A DNA stretch of 64,000 bases from Gemmatimonadota bacterium (GCA_039588295.1 JBDHAB010000002.1:14766-78765), one strand, 5' to 3'; positions 26,348 through 36,723 are shown, numbered from the stretch's first letter. Notes: generated by a model from the letters alone, not told the origin. A program made the numbers and translations.

Positions 26348-27055
26348 TCACGTCTCGGTCTCGTCGGACCGCTGTTCAGCCTCGTGGCGGGCCCACAGGT
26401 CAGGCCGCCGCATTCGCGTCAGTTCCTCCGCCTGGGCCTGTCGCCAGGCTGCCACGGCGGCGTGATCACCGCTCACCAGCACGTCGGGCACCGCATGGCC
26501 GCGATATGTGCGCGGGCGCGTGTAGCTCGGAGGACTCAAGAGTCCCTCGTAGAACGAATCACCGGCCGCGGACTCATGGTCACCCAGCGCTCCCGGGAGC
26601 AGCCGGACGACTGCATCGATCACGCACAGCGCGGCAAACTCACCACCGGAGAACACCACATCTCCGAGCGTGATCTCCTCGGTGTCCCCCCACAACGCCA
26701 CCCGGGCATCGAGGTCCTTGTAGTGCCCGCAGAGGAGCGTGAGCTCCCGGCCGACACTGTACCGCACCGCATCCTCGTGCGCGAACGGCCTCCCTCGCGC
26801 AGACAGCAACACGATCGGTGGCGACGGCGCCAAGTCATCGAGTGCCTCGTAGAACGGCTCGGGCTTGAGCACCATCCCCGCCCCACCACCGTACGGATAA
26901 TCGTCGACAGTTTGGTGCCGGTCGTGGGTGTACGTCCGCAAGTCGACGACCCGATACGTCACCAGGCCCTTGTCTGCCGCCCGTCCCAAGATGCTCGTAC
27001 GGATCGGGGCGTCAAACAGCTCCGGGAACAGCGTTACGACGTTGACCCGGAGCAT
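26348..27055 (-). CDS. trmD: tRNA (guanine-N1)-methyltransferase
   Basis: [48 protein letters not shown]. Confidence 0.97.
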   Translation of the reverse strand: MLRVNVVTLFPELFDAPIRTSILGRAADKGLVTYRVVDLRTYTHDRHQTVDDYPYGGGAGMVLKPEPFYEALDDLAPSPPIVLLSARGRPFAHEDAVRYSVGRELTLLCGHYKDLDARVALWGDTEEITLGDVVFSGGEFAALCVIDAVVRLLPGALGDHESAAGDSFYEGLLSPPSYTRPRTYRGHAVPDVLVSGDHAAVAAWRQAQAEELTRMRRPDLWARHEAEQRSDETET

Positions 27056-27059
27056 CCTG

Positions 27060-27584
27060 CTACAGCTCCAACAATCCTTCGGGCGGATCGACCTCAATTG
27101 TCCGCGTCGCTCGATCGATCCGCCGGACCAGTGGTTTGCGGAACGGAACGAACACCTCCCGACCCGCAACGTCCACGACCAGCAACCGGTTTCCACCCGG
27201 TATCTCCATCAGTTCCGTCGCGACACCGATCTCGCGATCGCCAACCACGACGCGGGACCCCGGAATTTCGTGGATGTACAGCTCATCCTCGGACGGCGGC
27301 CGCAGTTCACTCTGCGGCACCCCAAACACCCGCTGGTGCCAACCCTCCAATGTCGGCCGATCCCCGACTCCTTCGAATTTCAGCAACCACTGGCGCTGAT
27401 ACGGCCGGCTTCGCTCCACCACGACCGGGGCACCGATGGGGCTGCCGGCTTCATCGATGGGCGTCAGCAAGCGACCGGCGGCCAAGACCGTATCGGGCTC
27501 ATCGGTCAGCGGCCAAGCAACGACCTCGCCTTTGAGCCCGTGCGGCTTGCGGAGGCGTGCCACCGCCAGGTAGCCGCCCTCCAT
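27060..27584 (-). CDS. rimM: Ribosome maturation factor RimM
   Basis: KPHGLKGE, PRC-barrel C-terminus PPEGLLEL; synteny. Confidence 0.95.
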   Translation of the reverse strand: MEGGYLAVARLRKPHGLKGEVVAWPLTDEPDTVLAAGRLLTPIDEAGSPIGAPVVVERSRPYQRQWLLKFEGVGDRPTLEGWHQRVFGVPQSELRPPSEDELYIHEIPGSRVVVGDREIGVATELMEIPGGNRLLVVDVAGREVFVPFRKPLVRRIDRATRTIEVDPPEGLLEL

Positions 27585-27590
27585 GGCGCG

Positions 27591-27851
27591 CTAGCTCTCG
27601 GCGGTTGCGCCGAAAACGCCGGCTTGCTTGAACAGCGAACGGACGGTGTCCGACGGGGTCGCCCCCTTCGCCAGCCACGCCCTCGCACGGTCCGCATCCA
27701 CCGTGATCGTCACCGGGTTCGTTCGTGGGTTGTAATGTCCAATGGACTCCACGAACCGACCGCCTCGTGCCGTCGTGCGCTCCGCTACGACAATACGATA
27801 CTCCGGTTGCTTCTTTCGGCCGATGCGACGCAAACGGATTCGAGTCGCCAT
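27591..27851 (-). CDS. rpsP: 30S ribosomal protein S16
   Basis: IRLRRIGRKKQP.YRIVV, G.YNP, WL.KGA.PSDTV. Confidence 0.99.
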   Translation of the reverse strand: MATRIRLRRIGRKKQPEYRIVVAERTTARGGRFVESIGHYNPRTNPVTITVDADRARAWLAKGATPSDTVRSLFKQAGVFGATAES

Positions 27852-27856
27852 ACCCT

Positions 27857-29239
27857 CTACCTTGAGAACTCCTGTAACATGCCGGGCGGAACCGAGCGTC
27901 CCGCCCGCTTCATCATCTTCTGCATCTGCTCGTACTGCTTGAGCAGAGTGTTCACTTCTTGCACTGGCCGCCCGGCCCCGCGTGCAATTCGGGCGCGCCG
28001 CGACCCGTTCAACACCTTCGGCCGCCGCCGCTCTTGAGGCGTCATCGACAGGATGATCGCCTCGACGTGGGCGAGCTTCTTCGGGTCCGCGTTCGCCTGC
28101 TTGAGCAGCTTGGGATTCATGCCCGGCAGCAGCCCCAGCAACCCGTCCAGCGGGCCCATCCGGCGAACCTGGCGCATCGCGGTCAGGTAATCCTCGAGGT
28201 CCATGCCCTTCTTCGAGGTCGCCTTCCGTGCAATTCGCTCCGCTTCTTCGGTCTTGACCGCCCGCTGTGCGCGCTCAACGAGTCCCACCACATCGCCGCG
28301 CTCCAAGATCCGACCCGCCATCCGCACTGGGTCAAACAGATCGAGCGCGTCGAGCTGCTCACCGATGCCGACGAACTTGATCGGCGCACCGGTAACTCCG
28401 TAAATCGAAAGCGCCGCACCACCGCGAGCGTCACCGTCCAACTTCGTGAGGATCACGCCCGTGATTCCAACCGTATCGTGAAACCCCTTGGCGATCCGCA
28501 CGGCGTCCTGGCCAGTCATCGCGTCGGCGACCAGCAGAATCTCGTGCGGTCGGACGGCATCCTTCAGCGCCGTCAGTTCCGCCATCATCTCGTCGTCGAT
28601 CTGCAGCCGTCCGGATGTGTCGACCAGCACCGTGCGGGCACGCGCGGCCGATGCCGCCGCGATACCCTCCCGCACCAGCCCCACGACATCGGCGGCGGCA
28701 GGTCGCGACCGGTCCCCTGACGCCGGAACCGCCAATCCGTCGGTCTGCCGATCCGTCGATCCGAACACCCCCACCCCGACCCGGTCGGCCAGCTGCCGGA
28801 GCTGGTCCTCGGCCGCCGGCCGATACACGTCCGCCGCTACGAGAAACGGCGCCTTCTGCTCCCGCTTGAGGCGAACGGCCAGCTTCCCCGCGGTCGTCGT
28901 CTTGCCCGAGCCCTGCAGCCCCGCGAGCAACATGACCGTGGGCGGCACCGACGCGAACGCCAACGGCACCTGTTTCTCGCCCAGCATCCCGACGAGCTCG
29001 TCGTGGACGATCTTCACGAGCTGCTGCCCTGGGCTCACCGACTTGATCGTGTCGAGCCCCACCGCCTGCTGTCGGATGCGCTCCACGAACGATCGCGTGA
29101 GCTCATAGCTCACGTCCGCCTCGAGCAGCACCCGGCGGATCTCCCGGAGCCCGTCCTTGACGTCAGCTTCCGAGAGCACGCCGCGGCCCGTGAGCTTCTT
29201 CAGGGCCGCGCTGAGGTTCTCCGACAGACTGCCAAACAT
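27857..29239 (-). CDS. ffh: Signal recognition particle protein
   Basis: LLEADV, GLQGSGKTTT, DTSGR, TKLDGDARGGAALS, M domain IILSMT..ER, SRRARIARG. Confidence 0.98.
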   Translation of the reverse strand: MFGSLSENLSAALKKLTGRGVLSEADVKDGLREIRRVLLEADVSYELTRSFVERIRQQAVGLDTIKSVSPGQQLVKIVHDELVGMLGEKQVPLAFASVPPTVMLLAGLQGSGKTTTAGKLAVRLKREQKAPFLVAADVYRPAAEDQLRQLADRVGVGVFGSTDRQTDGLAVPASGDRSRPAAADVVGLVREGIAAASAARARTVLVDTSGRLQIDDEMMAELTALKDAVRPHEILLVADAMTGQDAVRIAKGFHDTVGITGVILTKLDGDARGGAALSIYGVTGAPIKFVGIGEQLDALDLFDPVRMAGRILERGDVVGLVERAQRAVKTEEAERIARKATSKKGMDLEDYLTAMRQVRRMGPLDGLLGLLPGMNPKLLKQANADPKKLAHVEAIILSMTPQERRRPKVLNGSRRARIARGAGRPVQEVNTLLKQYEQMQKMMKRAGRSVPPGMLQEFSR

Positions 29240-29363
29240 AAGAGCCTTACAATATAGTCAGCCGCTATGAGGGATGCTACGGGATTGGGTGCGTTCCCGC
29301 GGGACCACCCGCCGATGCATTGGGGCTCCCCGGCAAACCGGCGGAGGCGGCACCTGCCGCTCG

Positions 29364-30911
29364 CTACAGCGCGATCGCTGCCAGCAGGGTGTAGAGCACC
29401 GCGCCGAGTCCCGCGGCCGTCAAGGCCAGCGGAATCTGCGTATACACGTGGTCCATCAGATCGGACCCCGTGGCCAGCGACGACAGGATAGTCGTGTCCG
29501 AGATCGGCGAGCACTGATCGCCGAACACGCTGCCTCCCGTCACAGCGCCGAAACAGAGGAGCAGGAAGAGCGGGTCCTGACTCACCGAGTACGCCAGCGG
29601 CATGGCGACGGGAAACACCACCGCGTAGGTGCCCCACGAGGTCCCGGTCGAGAACGCGATCACCATACACAGCACCAGGAACAGCGCCGGCACGACGACG
29701 GGGGTGAGGAAGCCCGAGGTGAGCTCGATGATGTAGGGAGCCGTCCCCACCGAATCGGCGACGCTCTTGAGGGTCACCGCCAACGCGAGCACGATTGCGC
29801 CGATCGTCACACCCTTGCACCCATCGACGATCGCCTCGATCGCGATCCGCAACCGCATCCCCTTGATCAGCGCGATGGCCAAGCCCGCCAACACGGCCAG
29901 CAAAAACGCCTCCGCAATGAGCAGCGTCGGCTCTTCCCAGCCCAACACGAAGAACGTGTAGAGATAGGGGAGGATCGCCACGCCAAGGAGGGTGCCCATC
30001 GGCCCGAAGAAATCGATCAGGCCGCTCCGATACCCTTCCGCCACCCGGACCACCGTGAGTTCTTCGGAGGTCAAGGGCTGTGCCCCCGGCCGGTTGAGTT
30101 GCCCGGTGTCACGCGCCCGCAGGATCGCCCTGGACAATTTGCGTCCCACGACGAGTGGTACGTTTCCCCAGAGCCTTCCCGGCAGGAACGGCATCTTCTC
30201 GATCGAGAGCAACAGGGTGAACAACACCGCAAACCATGCGTAGAAGTTGAACGGCAGCGCTCTGAAGAAGTAGCCAATGCTCTCCGACATCGTCTCCAGA
30301 AACGGAACGGTGCCGACGACCAGTCCGCCCACGTAAATGGGCCAGACGTTGAACGGAATGAGGGTTGCGGCAGGTGAGGCCGTCGAGTCGACGATGTACG
30401 AGAGCTCCTCGTGCGAGACCCGGTGCTTGTCACACACGGGGCGCACCGTGGTGCCCGTCAGCACCGTGCTGATCGTGCCACCCTGATGGAACACGATGCC
30501 CATGAACCACGCGAACAACTTGGCGGTCCGCGGTCCCACCACGAGCTTGCTGCCTGCCCACTCCGCGAACGTCTGCGCGCCACCCGTGCGGGTCCAGAGC
30601 CCGATCATGCCACCCAATGCCCAGAGGTAGACGAGCAGGATCAACGCGTACGCCTCACTCCCGATCGACGGAATGAGGTACTCCTGGATGATGTTCAGCT
30701 TACCGCTGATGACACCGCCCAGCGCAATGCCAATGAACAGCGAGCTGATGACTTCACGGGTGAGGAATGCCAAGATGATCGCCACCGCGGGCGGCAGGAC
30801 CGACCAGAACCCATAGTGGTCGCCGTGTTGGGGGAATCGCCCGCTGAGGAGGGCGACGGCCGCCACGACCGCCAACCCGCCGATGAGCAACATGACACCG
30901 CGCTTGTTCAA
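29364..30911 (-). CDS. NhaC-family Na+/H+ antiporter or amino-acid transporter
   Basis: Multi-TM; WSVLPP, LSYIVDSTASP, FSTGTSWGT, FGDQCSPISDTTILSS, HV.TQ.P. Confidence 0.92.
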   Translation of the reverse strand: MNKRGVMLLIGGLAVVAAVALLSGRFPQHGDHYGFWSVLPPAVAIILAFLTREVISSLFIGIALGGVISGKLNIIQEYLIPSIGSEAYALILLVYLWALGGMIGLWTRTGGAQTFAEWAGSKLVVGPRTAKLFAWFMGIVFHQGGTISTVLTGTTVRPVCDKHRVSHEELSYIVDSTASPAATLIPFNVWPIYVGGLVVGTVPFLETMSESIGYFFRALPFNFYAWFAVLFTLLLSIEKMPFLPGRLWGNVPLVVGRKLSRAILRARDTGQLNRPGAQPLTSEELTVVRVAEGYRSGLIDFFGPMGTLLGVAILPYLYTFFVLGWEEPTLLIAEAFLLAVLAGLAIALIKGMRLRIAIEAIVDGCKGVTIGAIVLALAVTLKSVADSVGTAPYIIELTSGFLTPVVVPALFLVLCMVIAFSTGTSWGTYAVVFPVAMPLAYSVSQDPLFLLLCFGAVTGGSVFGDQCSPISDTTILSSLATGSDLMDHVYTQIPLALTAAGLGAVLYTLLAAIAL

Positions 30912-31045
30912 CTTGGCCCTCCGAATCCGGTGAGTCGTCTCGCGGCCGCGAAGCCCGATCCCCAGCCGTCCGTGCGAACCCCGCGCAACCGTGCACCGCG
31001 CGCTCGGTCACTCCCAGGGCGTCGCCGATTCTAACGCAATCTCCC

Positions 31046-31218
31046 ACGGCGGGCAAAGCGCTCTGCCTCCGTCAGTTTCCCACAAAACGGAAACCGAATG
31101 GCGGCGTTCCACGTACCGGTGACGGGAACCGCCGACGCCGGACCCATCCGCTTTTGCCGACGCCGCCTTAGATTCGTCGGCAGCATGCCAGCCCACGTTA
31201 CCCGCCGTCTCGACGGAG
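31046..31218. ncRNA. Candidate structured RNA (unassigned) in the nhaC/DUF445 divergent intergenic region
   Basis: Three hairpins enclosed by two crossing long-range stems; no family recognised. Confidence 0.3.
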
Positions 31219-31266
31219 CATCCGCCTTCGGGGACCTCACATGACCGCTGCCTGCGACCGTCACTC

Positions 31267-32832
31267 ATGATCGCCGAGTTCTCGCTCCTGCGCGCAGCGG
31301 TGACCGTCCTGTTCGGAGCTCTCGCCGGGGGGCTCACGAATGCCGTGGCAATCTCCATGCTGTTCCACCCCTACGAGCCACGTGGACCGTGGCGCTTCAA
31401 GCTCCAGGGCGCGATCCCCAAGAACAGGCCCCGGCTCGCGAAGACGATCGGCCGGACGGTTGGACAGCGTTTGCTCACCACGGACGATCTCGCCCGCCAA
31501 CTCAGTGCGCCCGGGATGCAGGAGGCGTTTGACGGAGCGGTCCGGCAGTTCGTGTCGGCCATGCTCGAGACGGAACGCGGCAGCCTGCGACAGGAACTGC
31601 CCCCTGGGGTCCTCACCGAACTCGAGCACGCCACCGACGGCATCGCATCGTCGGTGGCGGAGTCCGTGACCGATTACGTGGCCACGGACGCCTTCCGTGA
31701 GGCCGTGGAACGGTTCCTGACCCGTGCGCGAACCGAGTTCTCCGATCGGCCGATCGGTGACGTGTTAACTGCCGCGCGCCAGACGGCCATTCGCGAGCGC
31801 GTCGAGCAGTGGGTGTCCGACGCCGTGGAGAGCGAGGAGCTGGACCGCACCATCCGTAGCTGGCTCGACCGGCAGGCGAGTCGGTTCGCGACCGACCGCA
31901 CCCCGCTCCTGGAGCGCCTGCCTCCCGACTTGGTCGCGGTCGTGGAGCGGGAGATGGCGGGCTATCTGCCGATGGCGCTCGACCGGCTCGCAGCGACGCT
32001 TGCCGATCCGCAGGCCCGGGGGCGGATCCAGCGAACCCTCCACGAGCTGTTCCAGCGGTTCATTCGCGAGTTGTTGATCCACCAACGTATCGTGGCACGG
32101 CTCGTCGTGACCGAGAAGATGGTCGCTCGGCTGCTGGACAACTTCGAGCGCGAGGGGGTCGACCATGTGTCGGCGCTGCTGGATGAGCCGGAAATGCGGA
32201 CGCAGATCGCGCGAAGCATCAACGACGCAGTCGTAGGATTTCTCCGTCGCCCGCTCGCGGAGCACCTCGAACGCCTCGGACCGGAGCGCATCGCCGGCAT
32301 CACCGAGACGGCGGCTCAACACATCACCTTGGCCCTCCGCGACCCGCTCACGCGCACCCATGCCATTGAGCGGCTCGACCGCGCGCTGCAATCGGCCGAG
32401 GACCGTACGTGGGGCGAACTGCTGCGGCATCTGCAGCCCGAACGCGCGGCAGGCTGGGTAGCCGAAACCGCGCGCACCCCGCGTCTGAAGGATTGGGTCG
32501 CCGACGGAACGGCCACTGCGCTGCGGGCCGCTTTGGACCGCCCCATTGGACGCCCGGCCGACTGGCTGCCGGAAGGCCAAGCGGATCGCCTCACGGCCGC
32601 GCTGTCGCCCACCCTATGGAAGTGGATTCAGCAGCAGGTGCCCGAGGTGGTGGCGCGGGTCGACGTTCAGTCGATAGTGGAGGAGAAGGTGCTCAGCTTC
32701 TCGCTTGAGCGGATCGAACAGATCGTGCGCGCCACGACACAACGTGAGCTCGACATCATTATCCGGCTGGGCTACGCCCTCGGTGCCATGGTCGGCGCCA
32801 TGGCGTACTTCGTGTCTCTGGTGTTGCCGTAG
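31267..32832 (+). CDS. DUF445 family membrane-anchored helical protein
   Basis: GALAGGLTNAVAI.MLFHP, G.IPK...LA..IG; C-terminal EL..I..LG..LG..VG. Confidence 0.9.
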   Translation: MIAEFSLLRAAVTVLFGALAGGLTNAVAISMLFHPYEPRGPWRFKLQGAIPKNRPRLAKTIGRTVGQRLLTTDDLARQLSAPGMQEAFDGAVRQFVSAMLETERGSLRQELPPGVLTELEHATDGIASSVAESVTDYVATDAFREAVERFLTRARTEFSDRPIGDVLTAARQTAIRERVEQWVSDAVESEELDRTIRSWLDRQASRFATDRTPLLERLPPDLVAVVEREMAGYLPMALDRLAATLADPQARGRIQRTLHELFQRFIRELLIHQRIVARLVVTEKMVARLLDNFEREGVDHVSALLDEPEMRTQIARSINDAVVGFLRRPLAEHLERLGPERIAGITETAAQHITLALRDPLTRTHAIERLDRALQSAEDRTWGELLRHLQPERAAGWVAETARTPRLKDWVADGTATALRAALDRPIGRPADWLPEGQADRLTAALSPTLWKWIQQQVPEVVARVDVQSIVEEKVLSFSLERIEQIVRATTQRELDIIIRLGYALGAMVGAMAYFVSLVLP

Positions 32833-32845
32833 TCTCCGAGGCTCG

Positions 32846-34036
32846 TCACCGCACGGCCCGAGGAGGGCTCTCCCACCCTCCCCACGACGCCGGAGCATCG
32901 ATCAAGCGCACGCCGGGTCTCCCACCGACCGGCGTGCGCTCGACCATGAATCGTCGAACCCCGCGGGCATTCCTTTGCCATCCACGCTCCAGCAGGGTCG
33001 CAAACCGATCGGCAGCCTTCTCGTCGTCCCACGCGGTCCACCACACGAGCGCGTACTCGCTCCCCTGTGCGCGGTAGACGCCGTAACGGTCGCCACCCCA
33101 CGAACGCGCTCCTGCACGAGCGGTGGCCTCGCTCCCCATCAGCACAGTCAGCAGTACCCGCGTCTCAAATTCTCCCAGCCCGTCGGAATAGACTAACCCG
33201 GCTTCGTCGATGATTCGGAAATCGACCGGTTCGTCCCGGCGCAGATATCGGTCCGGATGCAGGATGTGCTCGGTCGAGAGCGGCATTCTCGGCCCGAACG
33301 GGACCGTGTCACGAAACGAGCGCTTGAACCACCTGACGAAGTTCGCCCCCTCGAGATAGGGAAACACGATCGTCTCCTGCACGATGAGCGGTGCAGCGCT
33401 GAATACCGGCATCTGCGCATGCTGCCGTTTCAGCTGCTGGCGATAGGTATCCCAGAAGTTCGGAATGGCGTCGAAATCTCGCTTTGGCATCAGGACTTCG
33501 ATCGAGGCCAGTGTCGCCTGCCCCTCCAAGACCGCCTGCGTGGCCATCCGCCGATCGTTGGCGCCGGGGATCGCCAGCAGCGAGTCGAGCGTCAGGTATT
33601 GCCCCTGCAGTGCGTGCACCAGCTCGTGCGCCAGGGTGAGTCGCACGAGCATCGGATCGACACCCTCCACGACGTACAGGGTCGCCGAGTCCGGATCGTA
33701 GTAGCCAACGACCTGTTCCGTGTACAGCGACAGCAGCAGCTGCCTGAGGTCCAGCGTATCAGGAAGAAGACCGAAAAGACGGTAGGCAGCCCCCATCCCC
33801 TCGAGTTTCTCTGGCGGTAACTCATCGTCCAATTTACGAGCCATGTACGCAGCGACCTGTTCGCGGGACCGCAATTCCACACGGGGCGGTTCCTTGAACG
33901 GCAGGCCCACTGCGCGTTCCACCTCGGGAGTGAGCTCTTCCGTGTACCGCCGGATCTTCTCGCCGATCTGGGCCTCCCCCCGCTCGCCGCACGCGACGAG
34001 CGCGAGTCCGAGGAGACAACCGATCAGCGAACGCAC
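32846..34036 (-). CDS. Lipoprotein with HExxH zincin-like motif
   Basis: Lipobox LVAC after GTG 34036; VVGYYDP, LAHELVHALQ, EGQAT, FPYLEG, STE.ILHP. Confidence 0.8.
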   Translation of the reverse strand: MRSLIGCLLGLALVACGERGEAQIGEKIRRYTEELTPEVERAVGLPFKEPPRVELRSREQVAAYMARKLDDELPPEKLEGMGAAYRLFGLLPDTLDLRQLLLSLYTEQVVGYYDPDSATLYVVEGVDPMLVRLTLAHELVHALQGQYLTLDSLLAIPGANDRRMATQAVLEGQATLASIEVLMPKRDFDAIPNFWDTYRQQLKRQHAQMPVFSAAPLIVQETIVFPYLEGANFVRWFKRSFRDTVPFGPRMPLSTEHILHPDRYLRRDEPVDFRIIDEAGLVYSDGLGEFETRVLLTVLMGSEATARAGARSWGGDRYGVYRAQGSEYALVWWTAWDDEKAADRFATLLERGWQRNARGVRRFMVERTPVGGRPGVRLIDAPASWGGWESPPRAVR

Positions 34037-34227
34037 GAGTGACCCGCCGGCGCGGCGACACGCCGAGCCAGCGCACGGCACATGAAGGACTTGCATGGTA
34101 GAAACGTCATCCCTGGACTCCATCGATGCACTCCTCCGCGGGACGCCACCGAGTTTCCGCCCCTCTATGGCGGCGCAGAACAATAACCCCGAACCGTCCA
34201 GAAGGTTCGCGCCCGGCAACCGGACGC

Positions 34228-34260
34228 AAAACCGCCGGGCAGCAGCGCTGCCCGGCGGTT
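34228..34260 (-). terminator. Rho-independent terminator of ECF operon 1
   Basis: 14-bp stem AACCGCCGGGCAGC/GCTGCCCGGCGGTT ending in TTTT on the minus strand. Confidence 0.75.
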
Positions 34261-34285
34261 GACCTCCTCACCCCGGAGATACGCC

Positions 34286-35113
34286 TCAGCGGCCTCTGCG
34301 GAGCCGAATTCCCCCAGTTACCGTGCTCAGGCGCAGTGTGCGGCCGCCGTCTCCGATGGTGCCAGAGACCTGTTTGGGACCCCACTTACCCTGCACGGTG
34401 AGCGGAAAGTCGGAATCGAACCCACCGGTCACCATGCTCGCCTTGACTTCGGCGCTCACATCCGCCGGCATGACGATGGTTATGCCGCCGTTCACCGTGG
34501 CAATCTCCAGGTCGCCACGCCAATCGGCACTGCCCATCCGCACGTCGACAGACCCGTTGACGGTGCGCGCCTCAACAACGCCGGCGGTCTCCACTTCGAC
34601 CCGGCCGTTCACGGTATAGGCATTGACCTTGGCGCCCAGCCCCGTGGCCTCGATCGCTCCGTTGATGGTGCTGGCCACCAGGTTCACACCTGCGGGCACT
34701 CGAACCGTGAAGTCGACCCGAGTGTCGTTCTCGTGCACGCTCATATGCCCGTGACCGCCGGGACGGCACTCATTGGGATCCTCGTCCGGATCGCTTGGGT
34801 ACATGGCGCAGATCGTCACACCGCCGTCGTGCTCGACGACCTCGAACGTGACGTCTTCGGCAGCCCCTCTGCGGCCAGCTTTCTTGGTAGCAGTCACCGC
34901 AACCTCAGAACCGCCGGCGGTGGCGCGAATCGGTCCGTTGATCCCCCTGATCTCGATCGCCCGTCCGGCCGAGATGCTGCCGCTCCATTCGAACGTCTCC
35001 TGCTGCACTGCAGAGAGACTGATCGCCGTCGGGGGAACTGGATCAGTGGCCGAAGACACCATCATGCCGTGCCCCATCAAGGCGGCCACAATCAGTATTG
35101 GGAACACTCTCAT
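34286..35113 (-). CDS. DUF4097 family beta-strand repeat protein, secreted
   Basis: Signal peptide; repeats TINGAI, TVNGRV, TVNGSV, TVNGGI; SDFP..., G.IG.GG. Confidence 0.9.
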   Translation of the reverse strand: MRVFPILIVAALMGHGMMVSSATDPVPPTAISLSAVQQETFEWSGSISAGRAIEIRGINGPIRATAGGSEVAVTATKKAGRRGAAEDVTFEVVEHDGGVTICAMYPSDPDEDPNECRPGGHGHMSVHENDTRVDFTVRVPAGVNLVASTINGAIEATGLGAKVNAYTVNGRVEVETAGVVEARTVNGSVDVRMGSADWRGDLEIATVNGGITIVMPADVSAEVKASMVTGGFDSDFPLTVQGKWGPKQVSGTIGDGGRTLRLSTVTGGIRLRRGR

Positions 35114-35152
35114 TGGGAAATCTCCTCAACGTCGTGGTCAGTAAGCCGGACC

Positions 35153-36001
35153 CTACGGCCGGCGCAGTCGAATGGACCCACCAAAGGACTCCAGCTCGAT
35201 CCGCGCCCCGCCGGTGCCAATCGTGAAGTGGAACTGCTTCCCACCAGCCTTCGTCTGACTCAGGGTCAGCGGGAAATCGCTCTCGAACCCGCCGCTGAAC
35301 GTCGAAACGGATACCGTGGCGTTCACTCCCGCCGGCACCGCCACGCTCAGGTCACCATTGTGCGTATTGAACGAATAGCGTCCGTCATCACGGAGGGTCC
35401 CGTCATAGCTGACCCCGCCGTTCATGGTGTTGGCCTCCACCAGCCGTGACTCGATGCCACGCATCGTGATGGAGCCGTTGACGGTCGACACCGTGATCTC
35501 TCCTCGGGCATCGAACACCTCGACCCCCGCGTTCACCGCCTCGAGCTCGATGCGTCCTTCTGCCCCGCGGCACTCCACAGGGCCATGGACCGAGACGATC
35601 TTGACGAAGCCACGGCCACCGACCAGCCGGACCGGCCCCTGGACCGTCTCGACACTGACCTCACCCGACACACCCTCGAGATCCACCGCCATCCAGGCTC
35701 CTTCGATGTTCATGTCCAGCGACGCCGGAACGGTGAGGTCGAACTCCACGGATCCAGGCGCACCCCACTCCGTCCCCACGTCCAGACGCACGGTCCCGTC
35801 ATCGCGCTCGATCTCGACATACTCGGAAGGGGAATGGTCTGCCACGATCCGCAGCTCGTTGCGCTCCCAGGTCCGCACGGTGACCTGCCCTCTGAGCATC
35901 TCGACGTTCAAACGTGTCGCCGACCCGAGCGGAATGATCGTATCGGTCTGGGGAACGAGCCCCGCGCTCAGCGCCACAGCAGCCACCAAAGTTCCTAACA
36001 T
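35153..36001 (-). CDS. DUF4097 family beta-strand repeat protein, secreted
   Basis: Signal peptide; TVQGPV, TVNGSI, TMNGGV, THNGDL, ESDFP, SFGGSI. Confidence 0.9.
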   Translation of the reverse strand: MLGTLVAAVALSAGLVPQTDTIIPLGSATRLNVEMLRGQVTVRTWERNELRIVADHSPSEYVEIERDDGTVRLDVGTEWGAPGSVEFDLTVPASLDMNIEGAWMAVDLEGVSGEVSVETVQGPVRLVGGRGFVKIVSVHGPVECRGAEGRIELEAVNAGVEVFDARGEITVSTVNGSITMRGIESRLVEANTMNGGVSYDGTLRDDGRYSFNTHNGDLSVAVPAGVNATVSVSTFSGGFESDFPLTLSQTKAGGKQFHFTIGTGGARIELESFGGSIRLRRP

Positions 36002-36045
36002 GGTTCAGATCCTCATTCAGCAAGAATGTTCGTTACGAGTGAGCA

Positions 36046-36723
36046 TCACATCGCCGCGCCAACAATCGTCGTGGCACGTCTCAAGAAATCCACCTTGCGC
36101 CGCATCGTCGCGGCGAGATGTGCGCTCACGTAGGTATTGGCCGGATCCTGGGCCAGCGCGGCCCGCGCGTCGGCAAGTGCCCGATCGATTACGGCCAGGT
36201 TCTCCTCCAACACACGCACCGTTTCCGGGTCGAGCTGGGCTCGCTGTGCCGCAAGCACCTGCTCGAGCGCCGTGACCGCCGCGTCGTAATCGGGGGTCAC
36301 CACGGCTGCGGCGATCGCCGGAACATCAGTGCCCGGGCCGGCCGCAGCCCGCGGCCCGGTCGCCGCCGGCCCGGGGGCCAACAACAGCCAGACGGCGCCA
36401 GCCGACACCGCCACGAGTGCGAGACCGGCCGCAGCCAATTGCGGCACGGACAACGTGATCTTGCGTCCCGTGCGCGCTCGCCAGTCCCGCACATCCACCA
36501 CCCCGGACTGCGGACGGATCCGCTCGGCGACACCGGGCCAGAGATCGCGGGTCGGCGAACGGTCGCGGAGCGCCTCTGCCCGAGCGACGACTCGGCGGAG
36601 ATCCTCGAGCGCCTCGGCACACGCCGGACATTCCCGGAGATGGGACTCCAGCGCGCCCCGCTCGCCGGATTCGAGCTCCCCGTCCACGTACTCGGATAAT
36701 CGATCACGCCACGAGTCGTTCAT
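36046..36723 (-). CDS. zf-HC2 (ZAS) anti-sigma factor with TM
   Basis: LSEYVDGEL, HLRECPAC, DLWP, one TM, helical periplasmic domain. Confidence 0.92.
   Translation of the reverse strand: MNDSWRDRLSEYVDGELESGERGALESHLRECPACAEALEDLRRVVARAEALRDRSPTRDLWPGVAERIRPQSGVVDVRDWRARTGRKITLSVPQLAAAGLALVAVSAGAVWLLLAPGPAATGPRAAAGPGTDVPAIAAAVVTPDYDAAVTALEQVLAAQRAQLDPETVRVLEENLAVIDRALADARAALAQDPANTYVSAHLAATMRRKVDFLRRATTIVGAAM

Noticed and set aside
26162-28037. 457-aa and 369-aa plus-strand ORFs
   Set aside because: Antisense to rplS-trmD-rimM-rpsP; high-GC shadow frames
31030-31260. Lysine, SAM, glycine or c-di-AMP riboswitch, or SRP RNA assignment
   Set aside because: Only isolated short words match (CCGAAGG, GAGCGCT); the required core motifs and their order are absent
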